A stretch of DNA of 64,000 bases, from the IMG/VR virus record IMGVR_UViG_3300008110_007313, one strand, 5' to 3'. Below the pieces are notes generated by a model. It made no database searches. It was not told the origin of the DNA and was given only the letters and a program-made list of their open reading frames with translations. Source of the DNA: a virus (lineage: Duplodnaviria > Caudoviricetes). Within the stretch, counting starts at the first letter, position 1. Each line of letters begins with the position of its first letter. Both the position numbers and the translations under genes were made by a program. Shown piece by piece: positions 54,901 to 63,568 of the stretch.

Positions 54901-55792
54901 CATCACTGACTTCAAGACTGAACTGATAATTTCTGCTGATAAACTCCACTATAAAGTCATAAGGTTCAGAGTCAGTGGAAGTAATATCATATCCTGGACT
55001 TTGATCCAGAGGGAAAGAAGGTACAATATAACCACTGATTAGACCAGTTGGACTCAATACCAAACCTGGAGGCAGCTGACCAGAGGCCAATGACACCACG
55101 GTGAGTTCTCCGGGATCTAAGTCAGTGTACTGAATTTGTATATTGACTTGGTCTCCATCATAGAACGTGCCAATGCTGCCTGCAGGAGTGGTAAATTTTG
55201 GCACATCGTTGCCGGTAATTGTTATCTCAAAAGTTCTGTCAGCAATGCGATCAATTGTGCCTAGTACAGTTTTAGTATAACTGCGAATTACAAATTTACT
55301 AGTCACATCCACAGCAACTTCTACAGGCACGCCTTGTAGACTGGTAATAGCTCTTGGAACTCCAGTCAAAGTTCCTGTGTCTGCAATCTGCAGACCGGTG
55401 GGCAATGCTCCAGCAATCTGTGTATAAAACACACGCTGGGAGAAAAACGCAGTCATATCACCTGAGTCGGTAGTCAGCGTTTTAGGTTGACTACTGGTTT
55501 CTGAATCACTGACTCTAAATTGTGTGGAGTTAATTACGTCATATACAAAATATTTGACTCCTGGTTGCAGACCACCGAACGTTAGACCAACGTTGCTGAC
55601 AAATTCTACTTGTAAGTTCCTATACAATCCAGCGGTGCTGGCACAGGTAATTGCATTAGTGGTTGCAGAAGTAGCTGTACAAACTGTGTTGGCCAATGGC
55701 GCAACTGTTGTGAGTAACGGTTGTTGATAGAATATACCTTCGGGTATGACCCCTAGACTGCCTGCAGGAGTAATCCACTGTGGTTGTGCCAT
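51911..55792 (-). CDS. large baseplate/wedge-type protein with putative Ig-like repeats
   Basis: Repeated W.T.AGSLG / LPPGL.L...G.ISG Ig-like units; three CTATS..TNAITC..T domains; 1293 aa. Confidence 0.7.
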   Translation of the reverse strand: MAQPQWITPAGSLGVIPEGIFYQQPLLTTVAPLANTVCTATSATTNAITCASTAGLYRNLQVEFVSNVGLTFGGLQPGVKYFVYDVINSTQFRVSDSETSSQPKTLTTDSGDMTAFFSQRVFYTQIAGALPTGLQIADTGTLTGVPRAITSLQGVPVEVAVDVTSKFVIRSYTKTVLGTIDRIADRTFEITITGNDVPKFTTPAGSIGTFYDGDQVNIQIQYTDLDPGELTVVSLASGQLPPGLVLSPTGLISGYIVPSFPLDQSPGYDITSTDSEPYDFIVEFISRNYQFSLEVSDGKSSDLRSFTMFVYARNEMTADNTTFTADNTFITADETNSRAPFLVNASPSDLGTVRSANKYGYQFIGEDYDTEDISYAINVNEGFGLPPGLILDPETGWFYGNIPDQGTTEVEYSFNIVVYQTATVGTNVSCTSTSASTNKITCNSTAPLAGISEWYPSNSAPLYIPIKLSGTALGGLSTAGNTIYYVLHVYSATEFSVVASTSATTPLTLTTSSGAMTAGTVIASQPFPFTLTVAGDIDSEITWLTDSDLGTIVNGSTSLLQVEAVNRGGRELSYKLASGAFNSLPQGLELLPTGEIAGRVTFNTFAIDLGATTFDNNTTTWDSSFEFTVNAYAPDTQQILYNVSEVIVTNGGSGFSSINLPIIVFETPVGASAVQAQVGNITVTSGSITAVTVSNSGAGYTGPATITVAEGFGGTGAALTAVMQATGTRDVVSVFKTFTVRVVREYNAPYQNLYVEAMPPAEDRVLIASLLDNESIFVPSFIFRPTDPNFGKASKVTYQHAFGLAPDALSTYVESLYLNHYWKNLVLGEINTARAVDSDGNIIYEVVYSKIIDNLVNPQGESVSKIVPLPYAITDPADGSTSIIAVYPNSLDNMRDQVIDTVGQISTGLPLWMTSKQADGRVLGFTPAWVLCYANPGHGDQIAYYIATQFGQQLNQVDFKVDRYVLDRALSANWDTTTQDWTPQPSLTTFDRFNTAGKQFIGNVSIATNLAFSDVNQRTLSYINSLGGLDGQIAQINGDTIVFVKQENYDGPPGSNYATTTDGWQLYDTIYDGGLFDQGPTATQPGLSEQQYDESVTVPGGYQVVCTATSSATNAITCSSTANMAPGDIIWFTGTGFGNIVPFATGNQIYYVLDIVDATRFRITSGAGGTVPVTLTTASGSLVGEFGNDRMAIWRISVDAVTEIVTCTLETQTAPNQFVQISRGSQYRSAQLYRPTTPGTGLSRISWLPFATVVTTETIFDEGSMEFIEPVDMYNPGETYDKYLVFPKQNILV

Positions 55793-55803
55793 ATTTTAAA
55801 ACC

Positions 55804-58437
55804 TTAGTTGAGAAATACCCAGGCAGAGCCATTCCAACCTTTGAATCGACCACCGGTTGTGTTCAAATAAATGGCTCCAGTAACTGGACTAGCAGGATCA
55901 GCAGCAGAGGCAGGCACTACCAAAAATGGTCCTGCGGCCGTGATAACTGACCCAGTAATATTACCCGTTGCACTGATCACTCCAGGTGTGTTAATGTTAC
56001 CGCTGTTGGTATTACCAGTGACATTCAAAGTGGATGTTACATTGCCGCTAAGGCTCAGTGTGGCACCTGTAATAGCTGCTGTAGAGTTAACGTTACCACC
56101 ATTGACGTTGGCAGTAGCAATAACGTTGGTGCCTGTTACATTTCCTGTGACATTAACAACACTGATAATATTGCCACTAAGGCTTAGTGTGGCACCTGTA
56201 ATAGCTGCAAGTGAATTGATGTTGCCGCCAATGATGTTACCTGTTGAACTGACCAGTCCAACACTGTTGACATTGGCGCCAGTGATGTTACTGGTGACGT
56301 TGAGTGCAGTGATAACGTTTCCGCTGAGACTGATAGCCACAGTGTTGACGTTGCCTGAAGTTAAATTTCCTGTGGCAGTAATTAAACCACCAGTGACTAT
56401 GTTGCCTCCAATAACGTTACCAGTTGAGGTGACATTAGCTGTGGCTACAAGGTTTGCTCCACGTACATTTCCTGTGGCACTGACCAAACCACCTGTGTTA
56501 ATATTGCCGCCAGTGATGTTTCCAACCACGGTGGCCAACCCAGGAGAACTCAAATTGCCGCCAGCAATATTGCTGCTAACATTAAGATCACTGATCACGT
56601 TACCAATCAAGCTCAAGCTACCGTTGGTTACCAGGTTACCGCCAATCACGTTACCAGTGGCACTGAGTATACCACCAGTTCTCACGTTTCCGGCATCCAC
56701 GTTGCCAGTGACGCTGACGCTGGCACCTTCTAATCCGCCAATGATCAAGTTGCCGTATGCACTGATTGCAGTAACCACATCATTGGTCATGGTTACTTGT
56801 GTGGCTGCTAGAAATTTACCAGCTGAATTGTCGTAGCCAATAAATGCTGACAGCTCACTGCCAGAGTAATACCACAGTTGTTCGCCTCGATCTTTGCCGT
56901 CGTTGCTGGTCAAAGGTGTGTTGTTGGGTCCGCGGCCCAAACTTATAATTGGATCCTCTACTGCCAGTGTGGTCACGTTGTTGTAGACCAAGTCGCCATC
57001 TACAGTAAGGTTGCCAGTGATTATGGCGCTGCCTGACACTGCAAGACTACCATTGGTGACTAAATTGCCACCGGTGATATTACCAGTAGCACTGACCACC
57101 CCACCAGTGTTGATGTTTCCACCTGTGATATTGCCAGACGCAGTTACAATGCCAGTGCTTACATTGTTGCCTGTGATGTTGCCTGTGGCAGTTATGATAC
57201 CACTAGAAATCACATTGCTGCCTTGCACATTGGCTGCACTTGTGATGTTGCCCGTAGCGGTAACTATGCCTGTGGCCACAATGATTGCAGTATTCAAATT
57301 GAGAGCTTCAAGATTTCCAGCAACGTTTGCTGTGCTAGTCACTAGCAATTGGCCTACATTGGCCAGGCCAGTACCTTGAATGTTGCCAACACTGATGTTG
57401 GCGTTGGCAGTTATGTTATTACCGGTGATATTTCCTGTAGCATTAACAGTAATACTGGTAACTCTATTGGTAGCGTCAACGTTGGCAGCACCTACAGTAC
57501 CACCAGGTACACTGACATCAGTTCCGGTGAGTACGCCTCCAGCGGTGATACCACCTGTGGCTGTAATCAATCCACCAGTTACAATGTTGCCACCAACAAC
57601 GTTGCCCACGGCTGAAATAGCAGCCAAAGCAGAAACGTTGTTTGAACTGACATCGCCGTTGCCGCCTAGGGCATTACTGACATTTAAAAAGTTTAAAGTG
57701 CCCACAGTTTGCAAACTGGAGTTTACTACGTTTGCGCTCAAAGTTGACCCAACTATCAGAGCTGCATTGCCCACTGAAGTAATGCCTGATAATCCTGATC
57801 CGTTGCCGGTAAAAAACTGTGCTGTAATATTACCTGCTGCGGTAATGTCGCCTCCGGCACTGACCTGTCCAGTGGTCAACAAATTACCGCCTGTGATGTT
57901 GCCCGTGGCACTGACTTGTCCACCGGTGTTAAAATTGGATGCTTGAGCATTGCCCGATACACTGATCAGGCCTGAAGTAACAAGATTGCCACCTACTATG
58001 TTACCTGACGCACTCAAATTGGCCAATACGCCCACAGAAGTCAGTGTACTGTTGGTCACGTTTGCACTCAGCGTATTACCCACAAGAGCGTTGGCAGGAG
58101 CCACAGATGTAACTCCAGTAAGTTGGCTACCATTACCTAAAAACAATCCTGCACTAACTATGTTACCAGTGACACTGACAATGTTTGCTGCCACAGTGCC
58201 TAGTATTGTAGCACCTGTGCCCGACACTACAACAACGTTGGGAACACCAGTACTGCTCATGTTGATTACACTGTCATCAACAATGCTGATGTTTGAAGAT
58301 CCGTTGCTAATACCGCTTACACCACCAATGTTGAATAATTCTGTAAAGTTTTCGTTGGTTTTGATAAAAGCTGTGCGTAGCGGATCGCCATCGCCGTCAT
58401 TAGCGACATTGCCTACGTTGATTACTTGCTGTGTCAT
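55804..58437 (-). CDS. tail fibre/spike-like protein with many ATGNITGGN repeats
   Basis: N-terminal INVGNVANDGDGDPLRTAFIK.NENF.EL (T4 gp9/gp10-like baseplate attachment motif); dozens of short G/N/T repeats. Confidence 0.75.
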   Translation of the reverse strand: MTQQVINVGNVANDGDGDPLRTAFIKTNENFTELFNIGGVSGISNGSSNISIVDDSVINMSSTGVPNVVVVSGTGATILGTVAANIVSVTGNIVSAGLFLGNGSQLTGVTSVAPANALVGNTLSANVTNSTLTSVGVLANLSASGNIVGGNLVTSGLISVSGNAQASNFNTGGQVSATGNITGGNLLTTGQVSAGGDITAAGNITAQFFTGNGSGLSGITSVGNAALIVGSTLSANVVNSSLQTVGTLNFLNVSNALGGNGDVSSNNVSALAAISAVGNVVGGNIVTGGLITATGGITAGGVLTGTDVSVPGGTVGAANVDATNRVTSITVNATGNITGNNITANANISVGNIQGTGLANVGQLLVTSTANVAGNLEALNLNTAIIVATGIVTATGNITSAANVQGSNVISSGIITATGNITGNNVSTGIVTASGNITGGNINTGGVVSATGNITGGNLVTNGSLAVSGSAIITGNLTVDGDLVYNNVTTLAVEDPIISLGRGPNNTPLTSNDGKDRGEQLWYYSGSELSAFIGYDNSAGKFLAATQVTMTNDVVTAISAYGNLIIGGLEGASVSVTGNVDAGNVRTGGILSATGNVIGGNLVTNGSLSLIGNVISDLNVSSNIAGGNLSSPGLATVVGNITGGNINTGGLVSATGNVRGANLVATANVTSTGNVIGGNIVTGGLITATGNLTSGNVNTVAISLSGNVITALNVTSNITGANVNSVGLVSSTGNIIGGNINSLAAITGATLSLSGNIISVVNVTGNVTGTNVIATANVNGGNVNSTAAITGATLSLSGNVTSTLNVTGNTNSGNINTPGVISATGNITGSVITAAGPFLVVPASAADPASPVTGAIYLNTTGGRFKGWNGSAWVFLN

Positions 58438-58457
58438 AAATCGGAATCCTTGTGAAG

Positions 58458-58508
58458 TATTTAGCGTATCAACAATGCTGTGTCGAACAGTTGATTTCTG
58501 GCTAAATA
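58458..58508. promoter_or_regulatory. back-to-back late promoter cores (TAAATA on each strand)
   Basis: tattta at 58458-58463 serves the minus-strand gene; taaata at 58503-58508 serves the plus-strand tail fibre. Confidence 0.6.
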
Positions 58509-58527
58509 TGGTGAGTTGGAGTGATCA

Positions 58528-60588
58528 ATGTCATATATTATCAATAATAGTCGCGGCAACATTGTTGCTGTTGTTCCCGATGGTACCGTAAACCAAGGAG
58601 CGACCAGTCTGAGTTTGATTGGGCAAAACGTAACAAATTACGGTACTGACCAAAACGAAAATCTAGTATTCTTGCTAGAAAATTTTGCCTCGCCTTCGGC
58701 ACCAAATCAGCCCATCCTAGGGCAACTTTGGTACAAAAGCGACGAAGATTTAATTTATTCCTACAGCACAGCCAATACCTGGCAAGCCTTGGTCAACGAA
58801 GCCTATGTGCAGGCACAAAAGATCAGTCCTATTTTTACAGGAGTACCACAGGCGCCTACTGCACCTGCTGGCACAGCTAACACACAGATAGCTACTACTG
58901 CTTTTGTAACCAACAGCCCGCAGTTTGCAGGCGCCCCAACTGCTCCAACTGCGACACTTGCAACATCGAATACTCAGATTGCAACCACAGAGTTTGTAAA
59001 AAATGTGGCCAACAACCTGGGCACTATGTCCCAACAAAACTTTAACTCTGTGGCCATCACTGGAGGTACCATTACTGGACTGTCTGCGCCCTTGCCAGTG
59101 TTGTCTGGGGGTACAGGAGCTCAAGATGCTATCAACGCTAGAATCAATCTTGGACTGGGCTCTATAGCCACACAAAATGCCAACAGTGTTGCTATCACTG
59201 GCGGCTCTGCCACAGGACTCACAACACTGTCATTGTCTAATCCAACTTCAGGTGCTGTTTTCAGCACTGGCGGATCGCTGAGTGCGGTGAGCACATTGCC
59301 TATTAGTCTAGGGGGCACAGGTGCCAGTGATGCTGCCAACGCTAGAATCAACCTTGGTCTAGGTTCAGGTGCGGTAACCAACATTGGTACCATTGCAACA
59401 CAAAATGCCAACAGTGTTGCTATCACTGGCGGTACAATAACAGGTATTTCTGATTTGGCCGTGGCCGACGGAGGCACAGGTGCTAGTGATGCTGCCAATG
59501 CTAGAACCAATCTAGGAGCCGCTGCTCTGGGCAACAACAGTGATATCACTTCTATCACAGGACTGACCACTCCCTTGGCACCCTTGTACGGCGGCACAGG
59601 TGTGTCAGGACTCACGCCCAACGCTTTGGTTGTAGGCAATGCCTCATCCAGCGTAAAAAGCATACTGCCAGGAAATGCAGGTAATGTGTTGATCAGCACA
59701 GGGTCGCAGTGGATTTCTCAGGTATTCCCTGACGCTGGAGGTACCGTGACCAGCATAGAATTTATAGGTGGCAATGGTATTCAAATCACAGGTATCAATC
59801 CTGTGACCAGCGCAAGTACTATAACAATTAACAACGCAGGTATTACACGCATCCAAGGACCTAACATTGCTCTCACATCCACAGGCGTGGAATTTGTGGG
59901 CAACGGCGTGAGTCAAAGTGGCAACGTATTTACATTTAGTAGCACTGGTGCTCAAGGTCCCATTGGTCCAACAGGCCCAGCAGGTCCGCAAGGTGCAGAG
60001 GGCGCTACCGGGCCACGGGGTGCCACAGGACCACAGGGCTTGCAAGGCGAACGTGGAATTCAAGGGGCGCAAGGTCTCACCGGTGCCACAGGTCCTGCAG
60101 GTCCTAGTTATACCTTGCCCACAGCATCATCTAGCACACTAGGCGGGGTTAGAATTGACGGAACCACAATTACCATTTCTGGATCAGTTATTTCTGCCAA
60201 CATGCCAACTGCTACAGTATCGACACTGGGCGCTGTTCGTCCAGATGGTACTACAATTAAAATCAGTTCAGGGGTTATTTCAGCTCCTACTGCTACAGGA
60301 TATACTATCGTTTTTGCCACAGCTCAAAACTGTGTGGGATTTTCAAACAGCTTTGAATGGAACAATTCTACAAACTATTTTGATGTGTTTCCGCCAGCCG
60401 GGTTTAATATGACTCAATTGCAGGGATTCATGGCCAGCATGAGCAAAATATTCTTTGCAGGTAATGTCAACCTTGACGATTCAATGAGAACGGAATGGGC
60501 TGTGCAGGCAGATAGAATTCGAGTATGGGTTCAAAATACTGAACAGCGAGATACACCGGCGGTTAACTACATAGCTTTTTGGAGATAA
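58528..60588 (+). CDS. tail fibre protein with collagen-like segment
   Basis: [15 protein letters not shown] x2; [10 protein letters not shown] and GGTGA.DA.NAR.NLG x3; collagen Gly-X-Y run. Confidence 0.8.
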   Translation: MSYIINNSRGNIVAVVPDGTVNQGATSLSLIGQNVTNYGTDQNENLVFLLENFASPSAPNQPILGQLWYKSDEDLIYSYSTANTWQALVNEAYVQAQKISPIFTGVPQAPTAPAGTANTQIATTAFVTNSPQFAGAPTAPTATLATSNTQIATTEFVKNVANNLGTMSQQNFNSVAITGGTITGLSAPLPVLSGGTGAQDAINARINLGLGSIATQNANSVAITGGSATGLTTLSLSNPTSGAVFSTGGSLSAVSTLPISLGGTGASDAANARINLGLGSGAVTNIGTIATQNANSVAITGGTITGISDLAVADGGTGASDAANARTNLGAAALGNNSDITSITGLTTPLAPLYGGTGVSGLTPNALVVGNASSSVKSILPGNAGNVLISTGSQWISQVFPDAGGTVTSIEFIGGNGIQITGINPVTSASTITINNAGITRIQGPNIALTSTGVEFVGNGVSQSGNVFTFSSTGAQGPIGPTGPAGPQGAEGATGPRGATGPQGLQGERGIQGAQGLTGATGPAGPSYTLPTASSSTLGGVRIDGTTITISGSVISANMPTATVSTLGAVRPDGTTIKISSGVISAPTATGYTIVFATAQNCVGFSNSFEWNNSTNYFDVFPPAGFNMTQLQGFMASMSKIFFAGNVNLDDSMRTEWAVQADRIRVWVQNTEQRDTPAVNYIAFWR
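59947..60108 (+). repeat. collagen-like (Gly-X-Y)18
   Basis: [54 protein letters not shown]. Confidence 0.9.
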
Positions 60589-60592
60589 TTTA

Positions 60593-60952
60593 ATGTATTA
60601 TATTTGCGTAGAAAATGACCGTGTAACCGGTGTACTAAACTATGAACCCAACGTTCCGTCTTCGGTCACAGTTGTAGTGATATCAGACGAAGATCATGCC
60701 AAACTTGATCAAAGAACCCATTACTTTGACATACCCACATCAAGTATACAGCCTTACCCCCAGAGCGAACTTGACAAACTGGCTGCTAGAAACGCCAGCC
60801 TAGAACATCAGAAATTTTTGAACAATACTGACTGGAAAGTCATGCGCCACATAAGAGAAAAGGCCCTGGGCATACCCACAAGCCTTAGTAATGCAGAATA
60901 CTTAGATCTTGAACTAGAGCGTGAACGTCGCGCCGCTGCAATCACACACTGA
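60593..60952 (+). CDS. putative tail fibre assembly chaperone
   Basis: Directly follows the fibre gene; [15 protein letters not shown]...LELERER motif typical of such chaperones. Confidence 0.6.
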   Translation: MYYICVENDRVTGVLNYEPNVPSSVTVVVISDEDHAKLDQRTHYFDIPTSSIQPYPQSELDKLAARNASLEHQKFLNNTDWKVMRHIREKALGIPTSLSNAEYLDLELERERRAAAITH

Positions 60953-61262
60953 AGCTAGAACCGCATCCACAGGTGCTTTGTGCCTGTGGATTGTCAATCA
61001 CAAAGCTGGATCCCATGTCCGATTCGTCCCAGCGAATATTGGCATTTTGTAAGTACTGCATGCTCATAGCGTCTACCAACACAGTAACATCGTCGTAGGC
61101 AAAATCAAAATCGTCTTCGTTTTTGGCTTCGTCTAGAGTGAAGCCATATTGGAATCCTGAACACCCACCACCTTGCACAAACACACGTAGTTTTGCATTG
61201 GGGTTGTTCTCTTCTGCCAAGATGTCTTTCAACTTGGTAACGGCACTCGTGTCTAATTTCAT
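60942..61262 (-). CDS. A-type Fe-S cluster carrier (ErpA/IscA/HesB family)
   Basis: [17 protein letters not shown] and [14 protein letters not shown] motifs. Confidence 0.92.
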   Translation of the reverse strand: MKLDTSAVTKLKDILAEENNPNAKLRVFVQGGGCSGFQYGFTLDEAKNEDDFDFAYDDVTVLVDAMSMQYLQNANIRWDESDMGSSFVIDNPQAQSTCGCGSSFSV

Positions 61263-61810
61263 TATAGTCTTTCGTTACAAACGTCCCAGTCAATGATCTT
61301 CCAGATATTGTCTAAGTAACGTTCTTTGTCTGATTGATAATCCAGGGCCCAGGCGTGTTCCCACCAGTCTACTAGCACACAGATGTCGGTGCGCACAGCA
61401 TGATTGGCAATGGTCTTGATATCCCCGCCTGTGCTCAAGTAAACCCAACCTGATCCTTGGATCTTCATTGCGGCCTGTTTGAATTCTTCTTTGAAATCTT
61501 CCCAGGTTTTGAATTTTTCTTCTATCAACGCGAGTACTGCACCACGCGGTCTGTTGGCGCCTTTGGGAGCCCGAAGCTGAGGGAAAAACTTATTGTGTAA
61601 AAAACTGCCAGCACGATTAAAATCCGCATTGCCTTCTCCTGCATTGTAGCGTTTGGCATAGCCCTTGGCCAAATGCTCAAAATGATAGTCTATGGTTTCC
61701 TTGCTCATTACGGGTTCAAGATCTTTGACACCATAAGGTAAAGGGGTAGTTTCCAGTTTTGCCGGACGAGTGCTTGCTTCTACAAGATTGATGTGGTCAC
61801 GTAGTTCCAT
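61262..61810 (-). CDS. sod: Fe/Mn superoxide dismutase with an N-terminal extension
   Basis: LPYG..DLEP.MS.ETIDYH, FLHNKFF, GSGWVYL and DWWEHAW (metal ligands apparently retained). Confidence 0.88.
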   Translation of the reverse strand: MELRDHINLVEASTRPAKLETTPLPYGVKDLEPVMSKETIDYHFEHLAKGYAKRYNAGEGNADFNRAGSFLHNKFFPQLRAPKGANRPRGAVLALIEEKFKTWEDFKEEFKQAAMKIQGSGWVYLSTGGDIKTIANHAVRTDICVLVDWWEHAWALDYQSDKERYLDNIWKIIDWDVCNERL

Positions 61811-61814
61811 GTTG

Positions 61815-61820
61815 TATTTA
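61815..61820 (-). promoter_or_regulatory. T4-like late promoter core TAAATA
   Basis: ATAAATACAACATG, 4 nt before the SOD start. Confidence 0.6.
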
Positions 61821-62036
61821 TTTGCGACGGGTGATACGCCCTTTGGTAAGATCGTAGGGTGAGAATTCCATTTCTACTCGATCTCCCAACAACACCTTGA
61901 TGTTGTTCTTACGCATACGCCCAGATAAGTGAGCTACAACCAAGTTTGGTAAATTGTCTAATTTGATGCGGAACATGGCGGCGGGCAGAACTTCTTCTAC
62001 TCGACCTTCCATGTTAATAATATCTTCTTTTGCCAT
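61818..62036 (-). CDS. infA: translation initiation factor IF-1
   Basis: [24 protein letters not shown]....[37 protein letters not shown]. Confidence 0.95.
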   Translation of the reverse strand: MAKEDIINMEGRVEEVLPAAMFRIKLDNLPNLVVAHLSGRMRKNNIKVLLGDRVEMEFSPYDLTKGRITRRK

Positions 62037-62046
62037 AAGCAATTAC

Positions 62047-62448
62047 TTATTTGAACACCAATTCTGCTGTGATCTTCTTTAACCGATCCATACGGAAACT
62101 GCGCCAGGATTGTGCTTCTAAATCAAACACTTTGATCACAGCAGGATCAGTTTCCTTGCGGGGTTTTTTGGACTCTAGAACAATGCCATCCACGGGACCC
62201 GGTGTGGGCTTTTGTGGCTGTGGCGGAATCAAGTCCCAGTTCAAAGTGCATCGCATGTCACGATCTGTGCCATCTGCTTTGGTAAATTGTACTGTGATTT
62301 CTTGCTTGTTTAGCAAACTTGTAACCCAGTCACGCATGATGGTCTTGTTGACGTCATCTGCTTCTTGGTACTGTGTGCCTGGTACTCCTTTGAGCAAGCG
62401 CACAACTTCTTGTTTTTCCCACATATCGGCATTCATAATTTCATCCAT
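62047..62448 (-). CDS. SH3-fold / WYL-like phage protein
   Basis: VQFTKADGTDRDMRCTL...VFDLEAQSWRSFR motif; likely start ATG 62448. Confidence 0.65.
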   Translation of the reverse strand: MDEIMNADMWEKQEVVRLLKGVPGTQYQEADDVNKTIMRDWVTSLLNKQEITVQFTKADGTDRDMRCTLNWDLIPPQPQKPTPGPVDGIVLESKKPRKETDPAVIKVFDLEAQSWRSFRMDRLKKITAELVFK

Positions 62449-62483
62449 AATAATTTCTCTGTTGGTTAATAAACGTTTCTTGA

Positions 62484-62750
62484 TCACGGAAAAGTCAACT
62501 TAAACACCGACAAGTCTTGCTGATCAGCAAAGTAAACTTGATACTTGTCAAAGTTGGCAAGGTCCGTAAAGTTGCTGTTGCGACCTGCCCAGGCCATGGT
62601 CCATCGTCCTTCAGGATTGTCTAGCGGATGCCACGGATGTCCAAACTGTTTCTCCAACCACTGAGATGCCGGCACTCGCTTGGGCATGTCAATAAGGGTT
62701 TCGTGTTCCAGATTTCTTTCGGGACTGAGATATGATAAATGTCGACTCAT
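62484..62750 (-). CDS. hypothetical protein
   Basis: 88-aa ORF in the co-directional run. Confidence 0.6.
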   Translation of the reverse strand: MSRHLSYLSPERNLEHETLIDMPKRVPASQWLEKQFGHPWHPLDNPEGRWTMAWAGRNSNFTDLANFDKYQVYFADQQDLSVFKLTFP

Positions 62751-62777
62751 GAGTAGGCCTTTCTGTTATAGGGAGAG

Positions 62778-63170
62778 TTAACCACGACGCATGCGGGAGA
62801 TTTCCACGGCCTCTTCATCGCTGAACACAGGCACAGCATTTGACTTGTGCATGGTAGCAATGCCCTTGACCTTGGTGCCAGTATAGACCTCGTGTACAGA
62901 TGCGGTTGAGGAACCTGGGGTCACAAGGCTAGGAATGTTGTGTGTGTTGCTACGACCAACAGGAGTGCTTAATTTGTAAGTCAACGGTTCTGCCGCAAGC
63001 GCACGTTGGCGGCGCTTCTCGTCAGCATCTAATTCCCACTTGGTCTGCATCTCTTTCCATGACGCATCGAGCTCACGTGCCTTACGTGCTTCTTCTGCGT
63101 TGCGAAACTTCTGTTTACCTTTTTTCTTACCGCCCATGGTCAAGGCAGGGTGTGCAAGATGCATAGTCAT
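62778..63170 (-). CDS. hypothetical protein
   Basis: YTGTKVKGIATMHKSNAVPVFS motif, which I recall from T4-like phage hypotheticals. Confidence 0.65.
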   Translation of the reverse strand: MTMHLAHPALTMGGKKKGKQKFRNAEEARKARELDASWKEMQTKWELDADEKRRQRALAAEPLTYKLSTPVGRSNTHNIPSLVTPGSSTASVHEVYTGTKVKGIATMHKSNAVPVFSDEEAVEISRMRRG

Positions 63171-63355
63171 GATTTAGTCCTCAGTTCTCGACATTGTTTA
63201 CGTACCTTGGCAGGGAAGTCGGGGCTAATCTCCGCCAGTTCACAATTATAACGCATCTCGGTATTTCCGGTCAAGCCAACGTAGGTCAGTCCCAAAGCAG
63301 CCAATCCGCAGATTACGGCAATTACAATAGATGTCATTGCTTTAGTTCTTCCCAC
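63167..63355 (-). CDS. small membrane protein
   Basis: N-terminal hydrophobic helix, then CELAEISPDFP..VRKQCR. Confidence 0.55.
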   Translation of the reverse strand: MGRTKAMTSIVIAVICGLAALGLTYVGLTGNTEMRYNCELAEISPDFPAKVRKQCRELRTKS

Positions 63356-63567
63356 ATGTATTCATCATCGGGCATGTGGGCTACAGATTTGAGCCAACCT
63401 TGATCAATACAGGCAGCAATAATCTGTTTGTATTGTGCAGGACACTTGTCAGTGAGTTCGATACTGGCCCGAGGTACAAGCATGATACCATCGGGCGAAA
63501 AATAAGAGTGTTTTTCGCCCGCATAGATCTTGCGCCAAGGCTTAGAGTTTGTGTTGAATGTGGCCAT
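63334..63567 (-). CDS. hypothetical protein
   Basis: 77-aa ORF in the co-directional run. Confidence 0.6.
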   Translation of the reverse strand: MATFNTNSKPWRKIYAGEKHSYFSPDGIMLVPRASIELTDKCPAQYKQIIAACIDQGWLKSVAHMPDDEYMWEELKQ

Positions 63568-63568
63568 A

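Noticed and set aside
55871-58591. Long plus-strand ORFs (321, 188, 213 and 122 aa) antisense to the fibre gene
   Set aside because: They arise from the repetitive Gly/Asn/Thr codons lacking antisense stops; they translate to monotonous P/V/T/L/A text.
58438-60960. Invertible tail-fibre cassette
   Set aside because: No flanking inverted repeats and no invertase were found in the window.
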